Source: Formosa sp. Hel1_33_131
Lineage (GTDB): Bacteria; Bacteroidota; Bacteroidia; Flavobacteriales; Flavobacteriaceae
Length of the DNA stretch: 32,000 nucleotides
Assembly (NCBI RefSeq): GCF_001735745.1
Contig: NZ_CP017260.1
Coordinates: 1,320,001 to 1,352,000, forward strand
Direction: 5' to 3'
The notes under the pieces: model-generated
Told to the model about the DNA's origin: nothing
The model's input: only the letters and a program-made list of their open reading frames with translations
The model's database searches: none
In this document: piece after piece, positions 27,801 to 32,000 of the stretch
Numbering within the stretch: the first letter of the stretch is position 1
How the letters are laid out: each line of letters opens with the position of its first letter
Translations under genes and position numbers: made by a program

Positions 27801-28299
27801 TGGAGAAGGAAAAGAAGGCCAAAACGGCAAACAAGGTCAGCAAGGACAACAGGGAAATCAAGGTGGTGAAGGCGAAGGCTCAGAAGGGGACAATGGCGAA
27901 TTGTTCGAGATCTTTAAAAAACAACAAGAGTTGCGGAATGCTTTACAAGATTTATTAGACAAAAATGGCATTGGAGACAACGGTCAAAAGCTGCTTGATT
28001 CTATGGAAAAAATCGAACAAAACCTTATTAATCAAGGTCTTACAGAAAAATCTTTACAAGCAATGCAAAACCTTAAGCATCAGCTCTTAAAACTAGAAAA
28101 GGCCGTACAACAGCAGGGCGAAGACACCAAGCGCGTTTCCAACACCAGCAAAGCGGAGCGGTCACAACCGCCAATTCCTAGCGCGGAAACGATCAAACAA
28201 TATTTTAATACGACTGAGATATTGAACCGACAAAGCCTACCTTTACGTCAAGAATTTAAGCAAAAAGTTCAAGAATATTTTAAGATAAAAAATGATTAG
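24865..28299 (+). CDS. Large membrane-anchored coiled-coil protein (DUF4175-like)
   Basis: 1144 aa with a TTG start. It has two N-terminal TM helices and a beta-rich middle region. About 300 aa of E/K/Q-rich predicted coiled coil follow, then a G/E/Q/K low-complexity tract. The architecture and the position upstream of ybeY fit the conserved Bacteroidota DUF4175-type proteins. The family name is from memory. Confidence 0.6.
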   Translation: MDGFHNIEQKLEHFIRRYYLSALLKGLLLFFAIGLLYVLLLLSIEHFFWLGSSGRLFLFYCVLGFEALLFYGFIFIPLAKYFKIQKGIDLETASKIVGDHFPEVKDKLLNVLQLNQQSEHTEFLLASIEQKSNNLSLVPFKSAVSFKENLKYIRYALLPILIVFLFILFGKQAVFTDSLKRVVNYNTAYAPPAPFEFFIMNTNLEAIENTSFTLVAKTVGKFVPESVQIVYNDEVYILNQTELGVFEYEFSHPNSPIDFKLVTTEVVSKPYRLEVLPIPVLLSFDMYLDYPTYTGKSDEKIANNGNATIPEGTKLKWELRTKSTDTVSFSYKNTIAFFDHNDQKFQFSKQVFESLNYTIQTSNSKLKNYENLAFSLQTITDQSPAIKVEMKQDSTYQASLYFYGQISDDYGIKDLKLYYYPVADASNINELSLPSNTTTFQEFTHAFPSGLELMDDTPYALYFEVSDNDPFHKTKTTRSRVFNYNSKSENTIQEIQLEEQSELTTAFQKALNTLSEQDKNLNEISQNQKEKEQLNFSDQQKLKSFLERQQAQDKMLKEFNKKMQDNLNQFEKSKEEDPFKEQLEKRLEAQQEALEKDEKLLEELKKITDKINKEELADKLEKMAKKNKNKQLSLEQLLELTKRYYVTKKSEQLLDNLNELSKEQMQLAEESEEQNTKEAQEKLNEEFKELTKELDDLRKDNDALAKPLELPDDPNLEESIEKDQENASDELGEKEQSPDPQEQKEKLNKAQKSQKKAAQKMQQMSQKMAQQMSSGGGQQMSEDIDLLRQILDNLLLFSFDQELLMKRFQESTTNTTGHAKRLVRQSNLREHFEHVDDSLFSLSLRQPMISESINKEITEVFFNIDKSLELLSENSFREAIGAQQFAITATNKLADMLSNTLDNMEMQMQMSPGQGEGEMQLPDIIMSQEALSKKMEKELGKKGEKSEGEQEGSEKGDGEPKKEGEGSKKGEQGQEGQEGGEGKEGQNGKQGQQGQQGNQGGEGEGSEGDNGELFEIFKKQQELRNALQDLLDKNGIGDNGQKLLDSMEKIEQNLINQGLTEKSLQAMQNLKHQLLKLEKAVQQQGEDTKRVSNTSKAERSQPPIPSAETIKQYFNTTEILNRQSLPLRQEFKQKVQEYFKIKND
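27681..27900 (+). repeat. Low-complexity G/E/Q/K-coding tract inside the DUF4175-like gene
   Basis: It encodes GKKGEKSEGEQEGSEKGDGEPKKEGEGSKKGEQGQEGQEGGEGKEGQNGKQGQQGQQGNQGGEGEGSEGDNG. At the DNA level it is made of imperfect gaagg/caagg repeats. Confidence 0.8.
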
Positions 28300-28705
28300 T
28301 TTTAGCTCAGAAGTCCCCTTCGAAATTTCCAATGCTGACACTACAGCCTCATGGCTCGGTGCCATTATTTCCCAAGAAGATTATAACGAGGGCGAGGTTT
28401 CCATTGTGTTTTGTGATGATGAATTTCTACACAAACTTAATGTTGAATTCTTAGATCATGACACCCTAACCGATGTGATTAGTTTCGATTACTCTATGGG
28501 GAAAGAAATTCATGGAGAAATATTTATTTCTATTGAACGCGTAAAAGAAAACGCCAACGAATTCAATCAAAGTTTCGATACGGAACTAGCGAGAGTCATG
28601 GCGCATGGCATTCTGCACTACTGTGGTTATAAAGACAAATCTGAATCAGAAGCCGCCGCTATGCGATCTAAAGAAGAGTTCTATCTTCAACAACGTGCCG
28701 ATTAA
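28292..28705 (+). CDS. ybeY: rRNA maturation endoribonuclease YbeY
   Basis: 137 aa with the metal-binding motif HGILHYCGYKD, the Bacteroidota variant of HGxLHLxGYDH. The start overlaps the upstream stop by 8 nt. Confidence 0.88.
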   Translation: MISFSSEVPFEISNADTTASWLGAIISQEDYNEGEVSIVFCDDEFLHKLNVEFLDHDTLTDVISFDYSMGKEIHGEIFISIERVKENANEFNQSFDTELARVMAHGILHYCGYKDKSESEAAAMRSKEEFYLQQRAD

Positions 28706-28718
28706 TTTTCTAAAGCCT

Positions 28719-28726
28719 TATATTTG
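28719..28726 (+). promoter_or_regulatory. Candidate -7 promoter box (TATATTTG) for mnmG
   Basis: It is an exact TAnnTTTG match, 46 nt upstream of the mnmG ATG. It overlaps the 16-bp palindrome ATTTGCAGCTGCAAAT (28722-28737). Confidence 0.4.
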
Positions 28727-28741
28727 CAGCTGCAAATGATT

Positions 28742-28757
28742 TGTTCCACGTGGAACA
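28742..28757. promoter_or_regulatory. parS: parS site 1 (ParB/Spo0J-binding centromere-like site)
   Basis: TGTTCCACGTGGAACA is a perfect 16-bp palindrome. It fits the conserved parS consensus tGTTNCACGTGNAACa (the GTTCCACGTGGAAC variant). It lies in the ybeY-mnmG spacer. Confidence 0.75.
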
Positions 28758-28772
28758 TTAAAAATGTAACCA

Positions 28773-30644
28773 ATGTTTGATAAAATTTACGATGTAATTG
28801 TAGTTGGTGGAGGACACGCCGGAAGTGAGGCAGCAGCAGCAGCTGCCAACATGGGGAGCAGTACTTTGCTAGTTACAATGAACCTTCAAAACATAGCGCA
28901 AATGTCATGCAACCCAGCAATGGGCGGTATTGCCAAAGGGCAAATCGTTCGTGAGATTGACGCCCTTGGAGGCTACAGTGGAATCGTAAGTGACACCTCT
29001 GCGATCCAATTCAAAATGCTCAACAAGTCTAAAGGCCCTGCCATGTGGAGTCCACGTGTGCAGAGTGACCGAATGCGGTTTGCAGAAGATTGGAGACTGC
29101 TATTGGAGCAAACCAAAAACCTAGATTTTTATCAAGAAATGGTCACAGGACTTGTGATTAAAGGTGATGAAGTCACAGGCGTAAAAACGTCCTTAGGATT
29201 AGAGATTCGAGCCAAGACGGTTGTGCTTACCAACGGTACGTTTTTAAATGGATTAATACACATTGGCAATAAGAATTTTGGTGGTGGTCGTGCTGGAGAG
29301 AAAGCAGCCACAGGCATCACAGAGCAACTCGTTGATTTAGGGTTTGAATCCGGTCGAATGAAAACAGGAACTCCGCCTAGAGTGGATGGGCGTTCTTTAG
29401 ATTTTTCTAAAATGATCGAACAACCGGGCGATGCAGTACCAGAAAAATTCTCCTATTCAGATATCACCAAGCCGCTCACAACACAGCGTCCTTGCCACAT
29501 GTCTTATACAAGTTTAGAAGTTCATAATTTATTAAGAGAAGGCTTTGACCGATCGCCCATGTTTAATGGTCGCATCCAAAGTTTAGGGCCGCGTTATTGT
29601 CCCTCTATTGAAGATAAAATAAATCGTTTTGCGGACAAGGACCGTCACCAGATTTTTGTAGAACCTGAGGGTTGGAATACCGTTGAGTATTATATCAATG
29701 GCTTTTCAACCTCTTTGCCCGAAGACGTTCAGTTTAAGGCGTTGAGTGCCGTGAAAGGATTTGAAAACGTTAAGTTTTTCAGACCGGGATATGCGATTGA
29801 ATACGACTACTTCCCTCCTACGCAACTGACACACTCTTTAGAAACCAAGCTCGTTAAAGGCTTGTATTTTGCAGGACAAATTAATGGAACTACAGGCTAT
29901 GAAGAAGCAGCCTCTCAAGGGTTAATGGCAGGAATTAATGCCAGTTTAAAAGTACAAGAAAAAGAGCCATTTATACTCAAACGGAACGAAGCTTATATAG
30001 GAGTTTTGATTGATGATTTAATCACCAAAGGTACTGACGAGCCTTATCGAATGTTTACGTCACGTGCGGAATACCGCACGCTTTTAAGGCAAGATAACGC
30101 CGACATTCGTTTGACACCCAAAGGGTACGAATTGGGGATTGCGAGCGAAAAGCGCCTCAAGCGGATGGAAGAAAAGCTGTCCAAAGCCGAAGCTTTTGTT
30201 GGGTTCTTTAGAACACAAAGTGTGAAGCCTGAGGAAGCAAATCCAGTTTTAGAAAGTAAAGATTCCCAACCGATTCGCCAGTCTGATAAAATGTTTAAGA
30301 TATTTTCCAGGCCTAATATAGGCATTGAAGATGTTCGTAAATTTGAGGCAGTCGAAGCCTATATACAATCCAATGATTTGGATAATGAAGTCATTGAACA
30401 AGCCGAAATACAGGTGAAGTATTCTGGGTATATAGCCAAAGAAAAACTGAATGCTGACAAACTCACACGTTTAGAATATGTCAAAATCCCTAGTGGTTAT
30501 GACTACTCTCAAATCAAATCCATGAGTTATGAAGCACGTGAAAAACTAAAGAAAATACAACCCACAACGGTTGCTCAAGCGTCACGCATCAGCGGGGTGT
30601 CCCCTAATGATATTTCTGTGCTACTGGTGTATATGGGGCGTTAA
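28773..30644 (+). CDS. mnmG: tRNA uridine 5-carboxymethylaminomethyl modification enzyme MnmG (GidA)
   Basis: 623 aa with the FAD-binding motif DVIVVGGGHAGSEAA. GidA-family conservation runs through the whole length (CNPAMGGIAKG, GPRYCPSIEDK, GQINGTTGYEEAA). Confidence 0.95.
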   Translation: MFDKIYDVIVVGGGHAGSEAAAAAANMGSSTLLVTMNLQNIAQMSCNPAMGGIAKGQIVREIDALGGYSGIVSDTSAIQFKMLNKSKGPAMWSPRVQSDRMRFAEDWRLLLEQTKNLDFYQEMVTGLVIKGDEVTGVKTSLGLEIRAKTVVLTNGTFLNGLIHIGNKNFGGGRAGEKAATGITEQLVDLGFESGRMKTGTPPRVDGRSLDFSKMIEQPGDAVPEKFSYSDITKPLTTQRPCHMSYTSLEVHNLLREGFDRSPMFNGRIQSLGPRYCPSIEDKINRFADKDRHQIFVEPEGWNTVEYYINGFSTSLPEDVQFKALSAVKGFENVKFFRPGYAIEYDYFPPTQLTHSLETKLVKGLYFAGQINGTTGYEEAASQGLMAGINASLKVQEKEPFILKRNEAYIGVLIDDLITKGTDEPYRMFTSRAEYRTLLRQDNADIRLTPKGYELGIASEKRLKRMEEKLSKAEAFVGFFRTQSVKPEEANPVLESKDSQPIRQSDKMFKIFSRPNIGIEDVRKFEAVEAYIQSNDLDNEVIEQAEIQVKYSGYIAKEKLNADKLTRLEYVKIPSGYDYSQIKSMSYEAREKLKKIQPTTVAQASRISGVSPNDISVLLVYMGR

Positions 30645-30654
30645 TTAATCTAAT

Positions 30655-30670
30655 TGTTCCACGTGGAACG
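30655..30670. promoter_or_regulatory. parS: parS site 2
   Basis: TGTTCCACGTGGAACG is palindromic at 15 of 16 positions. It lies 11 nt after the mnmG stop and 5 nt before the methyltransferase ATG. Confidence 0.7.
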
Positions 30671-30674
30671 TGAT

Positions 30675-31529
30675 ATGGAAACACACAAGAGCCATCTAAA
30701 ACTTAAAGACCATTCCTTAAGCGGAGACTCCTTTGAACTCCTTTATGACCCGTCTAGAGAGTTGCTTTATACGCACCCCAAACCATCAGAAGAGAAATTG
30801 TCAAGCTACTACCCTGACACGAATTATATCTCCCATACCAACCAGCGGAAATCTTTATTCGATCTTTTATACCATCTAGTTCGATCTGTTTCTGTTATAA
30901 GAAAATTCAGACTTTTAAAATCCTTTCAGCCAAAACAAGGCGCACTATTGGATGTAGGTGCCGGCACTGGGTTTTTCTTAAGAGCTGCTAAAAAAAGAGG
31001 TTGGACTGTTACCGGAATTGAACCCAACCCCTCGGCGCGAAACCTTGCAAATTCAAAAGCGCCCAATACTGTTTTTGACACCGAAACCTTGGGCACGCTC
31101 CCCGAAAGGTCGTTTGATGTGATTACCCTTTGGCATGTATTAGAACACCTTCCAAATTTAGAGGACGACCTAAAAACATTCCAGAAACTTCTAAAACCAA
31201 ACGGTCGCATTGTGGTGGCAGTGCCAAATTTTAAAAGCTTTGACGCAGCTTACTTTAAAGACTTTTGGGCGGCTTATGATGTTCCAAGGCACCTATGGCA
31301 TTTTTCCCAACAGTCGATCTCAAAAGTGTTTTCTAAGGTTCAAATGAAATTAGAATCGACTCACCCTTTAATGATGGACGCGTATTACGTTAGTTTGCTT
31401 TCCAATAAACTTAAAACAGGGTCTCATCGAATTTTAAATAGTTTGTGGGTTGGATTTCTTTCAAATTTAAAGGCAGCAAAGTCCGGAGAGTACTCCTCGC
31501 TTATTTATATCCTCAAAAACAAGAATTAG
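30675..31529 (+). CDS. Class I SAM-dependent methyltransferase
   Basis: It has the SAM-binding motif LLDVGAGTGFF and a downstream DVITLWHVLEHL. I place the start at the ATG at 30675 (METHKSHL). The track's TTG start at 30654 reads through parS site 2. Confidence 0.8.
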   Translation: METHKSHLKLKDHSLSGDSFELLYDPSRELLYTHPKPSEEKLSSYYPDTNYISHTNQRKSLFDLLYHLVRSVSVIRKFRLLKSFQPKQGALLDVGAGTGFFLRAAKKRGWTVTGIEPNPSARNLANSKAPNTVFDTETLGTLPERSFDVITLWHVLEHLPNLEDDLKTFQKLLKPNGRIVVAVPNFKSFDAAYFKDFWAAYDVPRHLWHFSQQSISKVFSKVQMKLESTHPLMMDAYYVSLLSNKLKTGSHRILNSLWVGFLSNLKAAKSGEYSSLIYILKNKN

Positions 31530-31551
31530 CGTTTTAAGACCTTTTAGAGGT

Positions 31552-31567
31552 TGTTTCACGTGAAACA
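31552..31567. promoter_or_regulatory. parS: parS site 3 (exact consensus)
   Basis: TGTTTCACGTGAAACA is a perfect palindrome identical to the canonical parS consensus. It lies 23 nt after the methyltransferase stop. Confidence 0.8.
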
Positions 31568-31723
31568 TCTAATGTGCCATTCGGCATTTATATTTCTTAA
31601 TTTAAGAGGTGTTTAAAGAGGCTTAATAAAATAGTTTTTTACAATTACACTTAGTTAGATTGATAGTTTTTACTTATAATGCAACTCCGACACTTATTTT
31701 TACAATATTGCAATTACTTTTTT

Positions 31724-31731
31724 TACTTTTG
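31724..31731 (+). promoter_or_regulatory. Candidate -7 promoter box (TACTTTTG) for the skp-like gene
   Basis: It is an exact TAnnTTTG match, 24 nt upstream of the ATG at 31756. Confidence 0.4.
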
Positions 31732-31755
31732 CATCCACAAACAAATTAAACTGTC

Positions 31756-32000
31756 ATGAAAAAAATAGCAATTGTATTTTTAACAATTATTACCCTTACA
31801 GCCTGCCAACAACAAAAAATTGGTTTTGTTGACAATGGAATTCTTATTAACGAGTACCAAGAGCGTGTAGATATTGAAGCAAAACTTCAAACTAAAATTG
31901 ACGCTTTCAAAATGCGGACAGACAGTTTACGATCTGCTTTTGAATTGGAAATAAAAGAAGCAGAATTAAAAGCAAGAAAAATGTCACAATCTGACATTCA
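31756..32000 (+). CDS. OmpH/Skp-family periplasmic chaperone, N-terminal part (runs off the right edge)
   Basis: My translation is MKKIAIVFLTIITLTACQQQKIGFVDNGILINEYQERVDIEAKLQTKIDAFKMRTDSLRSAFELEIKEAELKARKMSQSDI... A signal/lipobox is followed by the KIGFVD...L...Y coiled-coil pattern typical of OmpH proteins. Confidence 0.6.
   Translation, partial: MKKIAIVFLTIITLTACQQQKIGFVDNGILINEYQERVDIEAKLQTKIDAFKMRTDSLRSAFELEIKEAELKARKMSQSDI

Noticed and set aside
25200-27958. Many 60-117 aa ORFs on the minus strand and in alternative plus frames inside the DUF4175-like gene (e.g. 26215-26484, 27288-27641, 27541-27861, 27680-27958)
   Set aside because: They lie entirely within a long, coherent 1144-aa ORF. 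Their sequences are low-complexity (S/F/L-rich or K-rich), as expected for shadow frames of a GAA/AAG/CAA-rich coding region.
30530-30545. CACGTG-centred sequence TGAAGCACGTGAAAAA inside mnmG as a possible fourth parS
   Set aside because: It has three mismatches to the 16-bp consensus, with one half-site essentially absent. It lies in conserved coding sequence. Other CACGTG hexamers in mnmG (about 29054 and 30060) lack parS flanks altogether.
30654-30674. TTG-initiated N-terminal extension 'MFHVERD' of the methyltransferase
   Set aside because: The extension is the translation of parS site 2 (TTGTTCCACGTGGAACG). An ATG at 30675 gives a normal start directly after the site.
31574-31587. Short hairpin gtgcc-attc-ggcat followed by a T-rich stretch after the methyltransferase, as a terminator
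   Set aside because: The stem has only 4-5 bp, one of them a wobble pair. That is too weak to call from sequence alone.
1-32000. Search for CRISPR arrays, tRNA/rRNA genes, intact IS elements or integrases
   Set aside because: I saw no regularly spaced direct repeats, no cloverleaf-like GC-rich segments in the spacers, and no intact transposase or recombinase ORF. Only the degenerate fragments at 19270-19707 were found.

Overview
The window looks like chromosomal DNA from a low-GC Bacteroidota genome, most likely Flavobacteriaceae. Evidence is a T9SS C-terminal sorting domain, TAnnTTTG -7-type promoter boxes, no Shine-Dalgarno signals, and tightly packed operons. Most of it is core housekeeping: rnr, rpiB, a CDF transporter, a GNAT, and then a long minus-strand run. 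That run holds an OmpA-like gene, an S41 peptidase, rnpA, an M1 peptidase, an S8 peptidase, an MBL hydrolase, SulP, Usp, lepA and gltX. A plus-strand block follows with a DUF4175-like giant protein, ybeY, mnmG, a SAM methyltransferase and a skp-like gene. Two things stand out. (1) Three canonical parS (ParB-binding) 16-mers lie in the three consecutive short spacers around mnmG (28.7-31.6 kb). With rnpA and mnmG/gidA also present, this suggests the window is close to the replication origin. Two AT-rich divergent intergenic regions (3106-3649 and 24470-24864) carry DnaA-box-like sequences and short repeat families, and are weak oriC or regulatory candidates. (2) A roughly 5.5 kb, visibly more AT-rich accessory islet (about 19.2-24.8 kb) sits between gltX and the DUF4175-like gene. 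It holds degenerate ORF debris, an AbiEi/AbiEii type IV toxin-antitoxin/abortive-infection pair, and an orphan MksE/JetB-like gene preceded by a 5'-truncated ORF, probably a decayed Mks/Wadjet-type or ABC-3C-type operon. It also holds a T9SS cargo protein and a beta-barrel gene flanked by about 118-bp direct repeats. I saw no rRNA, tRNA or CRISPR array. All family assignments come from motif recognition by eye, not database searches.
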